Origin: Octopus vulgaris | Taxonomy: Eukaryota | DNA: 64,000 nt | Assembly (NCBI GenBank): GCA_951406725.2 | Contig: OX597842.1 | Span: 9,238,001 to 9,302,000 of the forward strand | Direction: 5' to 3' | In this document: one piece after another, positions 12,610 through 26,000 of the stretch | Layout of the letters: every line of letters starts with the position of its first letter | Numbering within the stretch: the stretch's first letter is position 1 | Notes under the pieces: generated by a model | The model's input: only the letters and a program-made list of their open reading frames with translations | Database searches by the model: none | Told to the model about the DNA's origin: nothing | Program-made: the position numbers and the translations under genes

Positions 12610-13130
12610 TATGAACAGATCGTGAACTCACAGAACAACCATTGGCTTGCCATGTCTCCAAAACAAGTACCGAAAGTGATAAATGTCAAACATCCAGTTA
12701 ACATCGTGGTGTTTGGAGTGATCACTAGTGATGGCGAAGTTATGCCCCCGTTCATCTTCCCACACGGCCTCAGACTCAACATCGAGGTCTACATCAAGTG
12801 CCTGGAGGTCTACATCAAGTGCCCTGGGTCAAGTGGGTAGCTGCTGGAAGACCCTATGTCAGACAGCAGGACTATGCACCATGCCATACAAGCAGGAGAA
12901 CCCAGTCATGGCTGTCAGACAACTTCTGTGACCACATCACCCCTGAAATATGGCCACCTAACTCGCTAGATTATTATGTGTGGGGTACAGTTGAGCGAGA
13001 GACCAACAAAATTGTAACACCAAAGATGAAATGAAGGCAAAGATTATGGCAGCATTCACCAACATAAACAATGAGACTGTCCAGAAGAGTTGCAGGACAT
13101 TCTGTAATCGTCTGGAGGCTGTGGTTGAGG
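12610..13130 (+). pseudogene. Tc1/mariner-superfamily transposase remnant (catalytic domain)
   Basis: frameshifted ORFs give KHPVNIVVFGVITSDGEVMPPFIF, QQDYAPCH, WPPNS(L)DYYVWG and RLEAVVE. Confidence 0.85.
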
Positions 13131-13319
13131 AATAGAGGAATATCATTACTTTCCATCACTGGAAGAGTTTTTACTGGGATCCTTTTAATTTGGCTCCAGA
13201 ACATCACTGTAAAAATCCTTCCAGAATCTCTTAAAGGATCTAATTTGCCATCACCATATAGGAAGTGATCAACATGAAGAAATTGAACTTTTCAGTACAA
13301 GATAAAGCTGACGACGATG

Positions 13320-13662
13320 ATAGTGTGGATGTGTAATAAGCTAGCTTTCCAACCACATACTACCGGGTTCAGTCCTCCTGCGTGCCACCTTGGGTAAATG
13401 TTTTCTACTATATCCTATATAATTATATATACATGTGTCTTTATGTCTGTATGTCACCCCCCCCCCCATACACACACACCGCCGACCGCTTAACAACTGA
13501 TGCTAGTGTGTTTACGTCCCTGTTACTTAGTGGTTCGGCAAAAGAGACGATCAAGTACCAGGTTTAAAAGGAAAACATATACTAGGGGCGATTTGTTCGA
13601 CTAAATTTCTCCGAGGTGGTGCACCAGCATGGTCGCAATCTAGCAACTGAAACAAGTGAAAG
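13320..13662 (+). mobile_element. SINE family A, diverged
   Basis: homology to 160-540. Confidence 0.7.
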
Positions 13663-13798
13663 ATATATGTATTACATTATATATAATAAGTGTATGTGAA
13701 TACAGTATATCTATTTGTATGATTATTGCTTTACTTATAATTTCTTAAAACGTAAACTCTTTTTCATCCATGTTTGTTTGTACATGTGCATGTGTGTG

Positions 13799-13833
<35 letters not shown>

Positions 13834-13840
13834 ATATATA

Positions 13841-16800
13841 CTAGTTGAAGGTGACCCGCACTTCGCACGGGTAAGAGTGTGGTTGTTACTTTCTGTTGCT
13901 TCCTTTCAGCATGTAAAAAGCATCATCCGAACGTGGCGGATTGCAGCGCCACCTTGACTGGCTTCTGTGCTGGTGGCACGTAAAAAGCACCAACCGATCG
14001 TGGCCGCTGCCAGTTCCCCTGGCACCTGTGCCGGCGGCACGGAAAAAGCACCCACTACGCTCACAGAGTGGTTGGCGTTAGGAAGGTCATCCACCTGTAG
14101 AAACACTGCCAGATCAGACTGGAGCCTGGTGCAGCCTCCTGGCTTCCGAGACCCCGGTCACACTGCCCAACCCGTGCTAGCACGGAAAACGGACGTTAAA
14201 TGATGATGATGATGATGATTCTCCCTCTTTGTTTCTCTCTCACTTTCCCACTCTCTTACTCTTCCTTTCTCTCGGACTCTCCCTCGCTTTCTCTTACTCT
14301 CTATCTTTATCTATCTCTCTCCCATTTATAAACAACAGAAGATCTTGAGTAAGTTGAGAAATAAAATATTTAGAAAGATCAATCAGAAATATGAGGCAGT
14401 GGCAATGGAAAGGTCTGCTTCAAGGCAGACAGCAAAACGCTAACATTTAAAAGGGACAGACGAACTTGCGAGCTGAATAAAAATAATAAAATATTGGAAA
14501 CCAAAGTTTGAAGGGATAGAATGTGAGGATAGTAGAGTCAGCATGGCTGGCATTTGTTAACGACGGACAGCAACGTAGTGACAGTTTAACGGCTGGCGTA
14601 AAATTTTGAACTTGATGTAAAAGAAAATTCGTAAACACCAAGTTTTGAAGTGATTCTTTCTCACGACAGAAGACTCAAGATGGGAAGCATTCAAAACTTC
14701 TTCATCATGGACGGCAACACATTGACGATTAAAAGGCTGGCGCAAATTTTTTAGCTTCATGTAACAGAGAATTGCTAAACACCCGCTCCTTTAAATTTTA
14801 ATCTACTTCCAGCCCCATTTATACCCCTTTTCACATTTTGGTTAATATAACCCGATTTCATTTGGGTCTACTGGGGCCACATTTTATAAGATGAGGACTC
14901 AAGCAAGTTTCCTGAGTTCTGGTCATAGACCATAGAACACTCAACCAAGTTTCCCGAGTTCTGGTCATAGACCATAGAACACTCAACCAAGTTTCCCGAG
15001 TTCTGGTCATAGACCATAGAACAGTCAAGCAAGTTTCCCGAGTTCTGGTCATAGACCATAGAACACTCAACCAAGTTTCCCGAGTTCTGGTCATAGACCA
15101 TAGAACACTCAACCAAGTTTCCCGAGTTCTGGTCATAGACCATAGAACAGTCAAGCAAGTTTCCCGAGTTCTGGTCATAGACCATAGAACAGTCAAGCAA
15201 GTTTCCCGAGTTCTGGTCATAGACCATAGAACAGTCAAGCAAGTTTCCCGAGTTCTGGTCATAGACCATAGAACACTCAACCAAGTTTCTCGAGTTCTGG
15301 TCATATACCATAGAACAGTCAAGCAAGTTTCCCGAGTTCTGGTCATAGACCATAGAACACTCAAGCAAGTTTCCAGAGTTCTGGTCATAGACCATAGAAC
15401 ACTCAACCAAGTTTCCCGAGTTCTGGTCATGGAGCATAGAATACTTAGCTAAAATCTAGTTTCTACCTAGTCTGAACCAATCAATCCACCGCAGTCTTCA
15501 TCCACACAGAGCTTACTCAACCATGTTCCAGTTCCAGCGACAGACGACCAGACCATCCAGTCATGTTCCTGCTCCAGCCAATGACAACGCTAACATACAC
15601 CAGCAACGCCACCGACGCCTTCATCTCAACGTCGCCATCACCATCGTCGTCCTTCACCTTCACGTCGTCTCCATCTCCGTCGACTTCATCTCCAGCAACA
15701 CTAATATGTACATAGCACTCATTCAGGTTTAGCTTTCACACTGTTATGATTTTCACCGAGGTTAACAGCACAGCACTACCTGCGAGATCTTCTGTACCAA
15801 TGTAACCTGGCACAGCATTGAAGCCAAAACCGCTACACGACATGTGTTCAACCGGCATCTGCACTTGTGATCCGAACATCCTGTTACAGAACGAACTGCT
15901 ATTATGTACTTTACTACGAACTGGTAAATTAACTCCATCTTGTCTGAAATACCCTGAGAGACTTTTCCTATGCGCTGTATTTTGTTTTGCCCGCATACAC
16001 CTTGTTTGTACTTCTGTCGCACATAGTTAATACACACACAAATGCTATCTCTGTCACATTCATACGCAACACATGCCTTTCTCGCTTGTTTTCCATGCTC
16101 AATATGCCCTTGTAAACGCAACACATCTCTGTAAGACCCTAGGTCGTTCACGCATACATAGAGAAAGTTGTTTGTCCCTTACAACGCGCCAGCATGCCAC
16201 ACTTTTGTTCCTGCACGGCCGAGGCATATAATAGCTCAAGCATTGGCTGGCAGCCTCAGCCTTACTGCATTAATCACTGGCATATTCAATACTGTACACT
16301 GTATTTCAGCCTAGCAAGCCCTATTGCACTCATGCACCTCTCTTCTGCACGTGTTGCAACACTTCTGCGTCAGCTCACTTCTTCTCCCGACTCAAAGCAC
16401 GTCGGATGTTCACATGCGCTGCGCTCATGTTTAGGCATAATTTCCCCCTGTTAGACCCCTGTTGGTTACGTAATTAACAGAGAAAATTATCTGTCTCGCA
16501 CCCAAGTTGCACCCAAAAAGTGTAAAGAAGCAACCAGTTCCCTTTACGTAACTATCAAAAAGTATTAAAAAGTTTAATATACATAAATACAGATATATAC
16601 ACTTTGTATATATACATATTTATATATAGAACACACACACACACATATATAAACGCTCGTTGGTGTGTTCTGTTTGTATTTGGTCGATGGGCGTGTTGAC
16701 AGGTAGACAATAGAAGGCGATGGCGATGGAATATTTGTTTCTCTGTATGAATGCAGACAGATACATGAGTAAAAGTTATGGGAAGCTAAGAGATAGAGTG

Positions 16801-17040
16801 AGTGAAAATGTTCTTACTATAATAACGGGAGTGGAAATCTCAAAGTTATATATGAAGGAGAGTGAGAGGGGAATGTAGGAAATAGCGTGAGTGAGGAAGA
16901 TAGGGTTTTCTAAGGTAGCCCACGGGCATCGTCTCCTCATTCTACATGTCCCTGTAAATTTTGGAGCGAATCGGACGGGACGTAGTGGCATTGAAAGCGA
17001 GCCAAACGGTAAAAACGCATTTCAGTTTTATATATAGAGA
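13841..17040 (-). mobile_element. non-autonomous Helitron, 3200 bp, with cargo
   Basis: minus strand begins TCTCTATATATAAA at 17040 and ends with hairpin acccgtgc-gaa-gtgcgggt then CTAG at 13841, followed by T. Confidence 0.85.
14899..15440. repeat. 42-bp minisatellite, about 13 copies, inside the Helitron
   Basis: unit tcaa(c/g)caagtttcccgagttctggtcatagaccatagaaca(c/g); appears as 14-aa periodic ORFs. Confidence 0.95.
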
Positions 17041-18088
17041 CTAGCTGAAGGTGACCCGCTCTACGCGCGGGTAAGAGTGTGGGTGTTACTTTCTGTTGCT
17101 TCCTTTCAGCACGTAAAAAGCACCATCCGAACGTGGCCGATTGCAGCACCGCCTTGACTTGCTTCTGTGCCGGTGGCACGTAAAAAGCACCAACCGATCG
17201 TTGCCACTGCGAGCCCCCTGGCACCAGTGCCGGCGGCACGAAAAAAGCACTCACTACACTCACAGAGTGGTTGGCGTTAGGAAGGTCATCCACCTGTAGA
17301 AACACTGCCAGATCAGACTGGAGCCTGGTGCAGCCTCCTGGCTTCCGAGACCCCGGTCACACTGCCCAACCCGTGCTAGCACGGAAAACGGACGTTAAAC
17401 GATGATGATGATGATGATTCTCCATATTTGTTTCTCTCTCACTTTCCCACTCTCTTACTTTTCTTTTCTCTCGGACTCTCCCTCGCTTTCTCTTACTCTC
17501 TATCTTTATCTATCTCTCTCCCATTTATAAACAACAGAAGATCTTGAGTAAGTTGAGAAATAAAATATTTAGAAAGATCAATCAGAAATATGAGGCAGTG
17601 GCAATGGAAAGGTCTGCTTCAAGGCAGACAGCAAAACGCTAACATTTAAAAGGGACAGACGAACTTGCGAGCTGAATAAAAATAATAAAATATTGGAAAC
17701 CAAAGTTTGAAGGGATAGAATGTGAGGATAGTAGAGTCACCATGGCTGGCATTTGTTAACGACGGACAGCAACGTAGTGACAGTTTAACGGCTGGCGTAA
17801 AATTTTGAACTTGATGTAAAAGAAAATTCGTAAACACCAAGTTTTGAAGTGATTCTTTCTCACGACAGTAGACTCACCATGGCAAGCATTCAAAACTTCT
17901 TTATCATGGACGGCAACACATTGACGATTAAAAGGCTGGCGCAAATTTTTTAGCTTGATGTAACAGAGAATTGCTAAACACCCGCTCCTTTAAATTTTAA
18001 TCCCCTTCCAGCCCCATTTAGACCCCTTTTCACATTTTGGTTAATATAACCCGATTTCATTCGGGTCTACTTTTATAAGATGAGGAAT
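17041..18088 (-). mobile_element. second Helitron copy (3' ~1 kb only), joined directly to the first
   Basis: close duplicate of 13841-14898, starting ctagctgaaggtgacccgc. Confidence 0.85.
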
Positions 18089-18284
18089 TTTGTCCTAGAG
18101 GTGACGCCTTTCATTTGAGGAACAAGTGGACCAATATTGAGCCACAACAGGTCTCGAAACTACGGTAAGCAACCGCCGACTTCATTTTCCCTCGTAGAAG
18201 AAGCGCGCAGTGCATGCTGGGATATATGACTGCGCGAGGCGTGCCGTTTCATTTCCATTTGTGTGTTTATGTAGAGACCCCAAA

Positions 18285-19574
18285 ATGGCTCCTATTAAGA
18301 GACACGCCTACGACGCAGAGTTTAAACTCAAGGCGATCAGTCACGCAGTAGAACACGGGAATAGAGCAGCAGCGAGAGAATTTAACATTAACGAATCAAT
18401 GGTGCGGAAGTGGAGGAAGCAACAAGATGACCTGAGCCAAGTAAAGAAGACTAAAAAGAGTTTCCGAGGGAACAAAGCGAGATGGCCACAGTTGGAGAAC
18501 AAACTCGAACAGTGGGTTGTTGAACAGAGAGCAGCAGGTAGAAGTGTCAGTACAATCACTATTCGAATGAAGGCAACAGCGCTAGCAAGCGAACTTAACA
18601 TTAATGAATTTAAAGGCGGTCCTTCTTGGTGCTTTCGGTTTATGAAAAGATGTAATCGCTCCATTCGCACACGAACTACTGTTTCACAGCAACTGCCAAA
18701 AGACTACCAAGAAAAGCTGGTCACTTTTCGCGCATATTGCAAAAACAAGATTACTGAAAAAAAAGATCCGGCCAGAGCACATCATCAACATGGACGAGGT
18801 TCCACTCACCTTTGATATTCCTGTGAACCGCACCGTGGAAAAAACGGGAGCACGTACGGTAAATGTTCGCACCACAGGAAATGAGAAGTCATCCTTCACT
18901 GTAGTTCTTGCTTGCCAAGCTAATGGCCAGAAACTTCCACCCATGTTTATTTTCAAGAGGAAGACCTTGCCAAAAGAAAACTTTCCAGCCGGCGTCGTCA
19001 TCAAAGCTAACTCAAAGGGATGGATGGATGACGAAAAGATGAGCGGGTGGTTGAGAGAAATTTACGTTAAGAGACCGGGTGGCTTTTTTCACACAGCTCC
19101 GTCCCTTTCGATCTACGACTCCATGCGCTCCCATATCACAAATGGTGTCAAAAACATGTGAAGCACACGAATTCAATACTCGCCGTCATTCCAGGTGGAT
19201 TGACAAAAGAACTCCAGCCGCTAGATATTGGTGTCAACAGGGCATTCAAAGCTAGACTGCGAACTGCGTGGGAACAGTGGATGACAGAAGGCGAACACAC
19301 TTTTACCAAGGCAGGGAGACAGCGCCGAACGACATACGCCACTATCTGCCAATGGATCGTAAATGCCTGGGCTGATATATCAGTCTCAACCGTGGTCCGA
19401 GCTTTCAGGAAGGTATGAATTGTCACTGAACTGCTAGACAACATCAGCGACACTGACTCAATTAATGACGACTTCGACGACACAGAGCCGGGCGTGTTCG
19501 ATCCCGTATTCGCCCAACTGTTTAATTCGGACACTGAAGAAGAAGAATTCGAGGGATTCGTGAATGAGGAATAA
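18285..19574 (+). pseudogene. pogo/Tigger-family transposase (Brinker-type DBD, CENP-B HTH, DDE_1, acidic tail) with 2 frameshifts and 1 stop
   Basis: YDAEFKLKAI..AAAREFNINESMVRKW; FKGGPSWCFRFMKR; NMDEVPLTFD; IPGGLTKELQPLDIGVNRAFK; DTEEEEFEGF. Confidence 0.92.
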
Positions 19575-19650
19575 CTTAATAAAGTGAGCTTTATATGTTT
19601 ATTTTGTGTGTTGTGTTGTGTGACATTAACGTTTGAGCAATGTTAAGTTA

Positions 19651-19853
19651 CTCTTTTACTTGTTTCAGTCATTTGACTGCGGCCATGCTGGAGCACCACC
19701 TTTAGTCGAGCAAATCGACCCCGGGACTTATTCTTTGTAAGCCCAGTACTTATTCTACCGGTCTCTTTGGCCGAACCACTAAGTGACGGGGACGTAAACA
19801 CACCTGCATCAGGTGTCAAGCAATGCTAGGGGGACAAACACACACACACATAC

Positions 19854-19900
<47 letters not shown>

Positions 19901-21283
19901 TTATCACTACTGTCCCCAATCAAAATCTTCCCAGCCCGCCATTCGCTAACCTGCGTGTTCTTTCCTCCTCAAAATTCTTAAAATTTTTTTTAAATGCCTC
20001 GGTATGAAGATATTTCGTTCGTCCTCCGCCATTACTTTCAATCGTCTTTCCAACCCACTTCCGGTGAACCTATATAAATAATCACCTCGTGTGCTTCTCT
20101 TTCATTCACCCTCACAGCGATGATCATAGCAAGCAAGCTAAGAATTCTCATTTCATTTCTTCCGACTCTTGTACTACACACATACATTTGCCGCTAACCC
20201 TTAAATGTTCGAATCTATTCACTAATTCTGCTTGTTCTTAAAATATAACCCTTTAATTTGTTTAATCCCTCGGTACCAAGTTAATTTGTTCGTTACTCTG
20301 TTCATTTCTTCAAACCCCGATTGTTTAAGTCTTTATCACTACTGTCCCCAATCAAAAGCTTCGCAGCCCGCCATTCGCGGTTCGCCCGCCCTCCCACCCC
20401 CACCACCCATACCGGAGAACACTCTGTTTACACCATCCTCACCGGATATCCCCTCTACCATCCGCCACCACTACGTGTGTCTGTTCCTCCTACCCCTCCT
20501 CCTCAATATACTTTCTCACTATGTATTTTACCCCTGCCTATCTCCCCCTGGACAGAAGCAGCTAGCGCCGCAGCTCATCAAACGTCCCACTTAACCTGTT
20601 ATCTTATGTTCCTCCTGTTTTGAAATGTGTCACTGCCTCAACCGGCTATCTCCTTCCAGCCCCCTCCCCACTCGTGATATCCTACGTTTTACTTCCTACT
20701 TTTCATTCTGTCTAGAACCTGCCACCAACCCTACCTGTCATCGTTTCTCTTTAACCCCAAACCTTCCCCACTGGTGCTCCCCTATATTACATGCACCCCT
20801 CCCCCCACTCTCTCTCCCTCTCTCTTCTCTGCCGGAACCCTTCCCCCTGCCGCAATGCAACGAAAAAAGACAATAACCGATCGTGGCCGATGCCAGACCC
20901 CTCTGGCACCTGTGCAGGTGGCACGTAAAAAGCACCCACTACACTCGCGGAGTGGTTGGCGTTAGGAAGGGCATCCAGCTGTAGAAACACTGCCAGATCA
21001 GACTGGAGCCTGGGGCAGCCCCTGGCTCCCCAGACCCCGGTCAAACCGTCCAACCCGTGCTGGCGCGGAAAACGGACGTTAAACGATGATGATGATGATG
21101 ATATATATATATATATATATATATACGACAGGCTTCTTTCAGTTTCCGTCTACCAAATCCACTCGCAAGGCATTGGTCAGCCCGAGGCTATAGCAGAAGA
21201 CACTTGCCCAAGATGACACGCAGTGGGACTGAACCCGGAACCATGTGGTTGGTTAGCAAGCTACTTACCACACAGCCACTCCT
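19651..21283 (-). mobile_element. SINE family A split at its internal microsatellite by a ~1.2-kb insert ending in an RTE 3' tail
   Basis: 3' half at 19651-19860, 5' half at 21123-21283; RTE 3' UTR at 20875-21102 (+). Confidence 0.8.
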
Positions 21284-21284
21284 T

Positions 21285-21930
21285 GCTTTGCACTATTTCG
21301 AGTGTTACTATATTGTGATTGGGATCTTTTCATTTCCAAGGCCTGATTGTCAGATTTTTCTAGTTAACTAAATAATTTGAAACTTCGTATACTGGTAGAG
21401 TGTCTCAAAAGAAAACACTAGTTTCAACTTGTTTTTTTTGAGAAAAATGTATTTTATAAGTTTAAACGTAGTTTAAATCTGCGAATTTTAACCAATCGTA
21501 TTGCACTAACGTTTGATTTACTGTAACAGTATCAGACCTGTTTTTTACGTGTTTATTGAATCGAGGAAAAGTTCCCCTCCACTATGTGATCTAAATGTTG
21601 CACTACATGTTATACCTTGCTGTTGTTAAAAAATAAACAAAATACCACGTCACTGACTTTACCTCGGGGAAAATAATAAAACAGCTGTTTATTCATTTTG
21701 GGAGTGAACGGAGTTGTCAGAACGCTGGTTTGTAATCTATTAATAAAGTTTGACTGACCTATCCAACTGTTTTGTTGACATTCCTTTCAGCGCAGCTCCA
21801 TCTAACGGATGCATAACGTAACCCCAGCCCCTACTGTAGCATCTAGTCTATGCGGGGCGTCTTATATATGGACAAAGTTTTAAAATAGGCCATTCATTGA
21901 AGATGCGCCTTATAACCCGGTGCGCCTTAA
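21285..21930 (+). mobile_element. probable 3' non-coding arm of the pogo element
   Basis: ends in repeated gcgccttata subterminal motifs typical of pogo/Tigger ends; terminal TIR bases not seen. Confidence 0.6.
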
Positions 21931-23021
21931 CTCTAGTGCTAAAAATAGCTCCTTTTTCTGGTATAGCCACCAAAGTGGTTTCCACCAAGAAATGAGATTA
22001 CCCTCAACGTAAGAAAAGTGAAATACAACGAAAAGATAGATTTTAATCTATTTTTAGCACTAGAGTTACCCACTTGGCGGTAACTCTCTTATATTTAAGT
22101 ATAAATTTGTATTGTCTCCCTGGTTTTTTATGTGCTAAGCCACTTGGTGTTAAACTGATGTTATTATTAAATTAATATCTAATTTTTCACCCTCATTTAT
22201 GTATTGTTATATTTCGGAATGGTCATTTTGCCAGTTTAGCCAATAAAAACACACGCACTATATATTTGGTGTTATTTTGCTTCAGTGATATTTATTTTTT
22301 ACATTAATCTTAATCTTATTTCGGCCAGAGTTCTTTCGTCACACTCCTGTGACCGCATCAGTGGTCCTTTGTTTTCTTCTTACTTACTTGTGTCTCTCCT
22401 TACTAACCGTCAGCCATTTTGTATTTCTATTGTATGTCTTCATTTGCGCATGCTTATATCTCTATGTGCGTCTATGTTTATTTAGTGTGTGTGTGTGTGG
22501 GGGGAATGTCTGTAATATTTGTATCTTCTGTTTATATACATTCATGTAATTTGTATTCTGATTTTGTTGTTGTTGCTTTTGTTCTAATTTTGTTCATGTG
22601 TTTACATCCACCCATTATTATCATTACATATGCTTGTATGTATGTATAACAACAATATTAGTAATAATAATAATAAATCTAATCGAAAAAAAAAATATAT
22701 ATATATACATACATATACACATATATATACAAATGGCGGTGCCCCAGCATGGCCACAGCTCATAAGCTGAAACTAGAATCAATCATCAATCAATCATATA
22801 CACATACACATATATATACACATATACATACATATATATATACATATACATACACATACATACACATACATACATAGATATATATATACATATATATAGT
22901 TATTCATTTCTATTTGTTTATTTATCTGTGTATTTATTTACTATGTTTTCGGGATCCTCCATCGTCATATGTTGTGGTGTGTGCTATTGCTCCATTCTAG
23001 TTTTCTATTCAGGCTTGCAAG

Positions 23022-26000
23022 ATGCTGAAGAACACTATATTTTGTTGCCTAAAGAAAACTGTGACAACGCAACAGCTTCGTTTTATAAAACAATGTGTCT
23101 CGTCCAGAATATGTATCAACAAGGTCACAGCCAACGTTAAACGGCTTGACCTCACTAACGGACAAGCGGAAAGACTAAAAAGGACGCTAATGGTAAATAT
23201 TAGAAATAGAATATACAGAGAGCTGAGCGAACAAGAGAAGCGTAAACGTATATTTTTAAAAGAAATTAAAAGTATCACCACACGAAAGGAGAAAACCTTA
23301 CTAAAGGATAAAATATTTGAAGAAAACAGACATGTAATACACCAATGCAATATCCATTTTAAGAGGAAGTTATCGTGGTTGAAACAGAAACGTCAATATG
23401 AGCTCGCAAAGGAAGAAAAACAGAAATATCCAGATACAATAAATGGAATTATTATGGAAGATGTGCTACTACCAGAAGAGTTCAATAAAGACAATGAAGC
23501 GAACATCTATGGGGGAGTAACAACGGACCCAGATGAAATATCGATACTTCAACTACCACCAAAGTATGCAATGTATAGTAAGGTGAATACCATCAAATGC
23601 CTGTCCGAAATTGAAAAGTCGTTCACAAAAATACGTTGGAATTTAAATAGATACAATGACAACAACACTTGCGACAACAACAACAACGCGAAAAACACTA
23701 ACCGCAGCAACAACAACACAAACAATAATGACCGCAGCAATAACAACCGTAGCAACAAAAGCAACAAGAATCCTAACAGCGGCAAAACAACAACAATAGA
23801 AAAAATGAATGCATAGACACAAACAATAGATACAAAAACAAAAACACAAACAAAGAGAAAAATCGTATACAACAGCAACAACAACAACAATTATAGGGAG
23901 AACCGGCACACAAACACACACACAGATAACCATAGTCACAAAGACACGAATAAAAGTTGTGTCATGGGGTCACGATGGAGAATAAAGTTGAATGCAACAG
24001 GATCCTTGGACAGGGAGTCAGCAGACTTGAAACAGATAACAATACTCATAGGAACAAAAATAACAACCACAACAGGGGGAATAACAGGGACCAACAGACA
24101 GACATAAAACCCAACACTAATATGAACAACACATACACCAGAAACAGGAACAATGAATATATCACTAGCGATGATAGTAATAATGGCAATGGTAGGAATA
24201 AAGGTAATAACAATAATAGTGGTAGTAGTAGTGGTGATGGTAACAGTAGAAGTAGTAATGAGGATAGTAGTGATAGTTGTGGTGGTAATAGGAATAATAG
24301 TAGTAGTGGTAATGGTGATAATAATAATAGGAAGGCTGATGTTGGAAACAGTAACGATAATGAAGATAACCCTAGAGAGACCATTGACATGTATACCCAT
24401 CCCTTTGACACTCAATTCTTCAACGTATGCGACAAAACTTACTGCATGAACTGGATTTATCCAACAACATTACCCTTCAACAAAAGATTATACATCCCAA
24501 GACGTACTAATGACCATAATGGAAGCACAGTTCACTATAGCTAGGACCAAACTTAGACAGATTTTAGGATTATTCACTAAGAGACAGAGACAGAATAAGA
24601 CAGAGGCCCAACAACTCGGGATTAAACCTGCATGTGGCCTACATAAGCTCATTCAGCGCACGAGGAACGGAGAGGTGATATGCCTTCCCACAGATAAATC
24701 CGGCAGGATGTCAATAGACAGCTTACCGAACTACATCCAGGCAATGCAACCTCATATCGCCAATACAAAAATAACAACTGTACAGGTGCATGAGGAGAGA
24801 GAAAAGGTCCTCAATGCCCACATGATGATGTGGACAATTGTTCTGGGACCCCAGAAACGTACTGCAAAGAATTTCCAAGCCTGGAACAATGATATCCCGG
24901 CACTGTATGGACTTCGCAAGGACCATAAAGTTTTTACTGACCCTATAGCAGGACCACCAACAAGACCAGTCTGTGGAGCGAATATCGCTAGCAACTACAA
25001 AATCTCCTACTTTCTCTCAATGATCATACGCCCTATAATCCGGATGTCACCTGATGTTTGTGACAGCACAGAAGATCTCCTAAGCAGAATCAGTGACTGT
25101 AACAAAACTTGTGACTTGACAGGATGTATAGTAGGTAGCATGGATGTGGTATCCCTATACCCATCGATTGACGTAGATTTTGCAGTGGAGAAGTGCGTGG
25201 AGATGATCAACGAGAGCCAGGTGGAGTTCTGTAATGTCAACACAGAAGAACTGGGCCTCCTACTTAGACTGACATATAATAAGGAATATTTAGGTAAACA
25301 TAATCTTAGTAGTTTCTGCCCCAGTAGATGTTTAAGAGGTAGACCGCCTACAATTTCTTCTATGGCTAGGAAGACACATGTTGAAAGATGGCGCGGATGG
25401 ACCAGAGCCATACGGAGCCCCGCAAATGTCCATCAGGTAAAGAAAATGATCGCACATGCACTAGGAGCTAGTATAAGAGTTACCCTAAAAGGCCACACAT
25501 TTAAATTTAATAATAAAATATATGCCCAGGACGAGGGGGCAGCCATCGGTGTTAGTATCGCTGGTGATGTGGCCAACCTTTTCATGGTATGGTGGGACAG
25601 AAGGCTTAAAGAACGCCTACTGCAGAAATCCATACTTGTAAACATGTACTCTCGCTATGTTGATGATATCAACATAGTGGTAAAGGCACCCCCACAAGAG
25701 AGTAATGTTGATATAGTAATAGAAACTAATACTATGGAGAGCATCCAGCAAATAGCTAACTCCATCCACCAGAGTATTAAGGTCACAATAGACTACCCCA
25801 CTAAACACTCCAACCATAAACTACCAGTAATAGACACTAAACTCTGGCTAGAAATTGTAAATAATAAAACCCAAATCCTTCATTCATACTATGCAAAACC
25901 TATGGCCTCAAAATACCTGATCCACCGGAACTCAGCCATTGCGGGCAATGCCAAATTCAATATTTTGATGGCAGATCTCGTCAGAATAATGAGAAATGTG

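Noticed and set aside
13130-13260. Host exon (RGISLLSITGRVF...ILPES)
   Set aside because: Matches an RTE RT motif; an old LINE scrap
14899-15440. CRISPR-like array of hairpin repeats
   Set aside because: Units are contiguous with no unique spacers, there are no cas genes, and the context is eukaryotic
18210-19574. Domesticated host gene of POGK/TIGD type
   Set aside because: Frameshifts, a stop codon and transposon-like subterminal repeats indicate a TE copy
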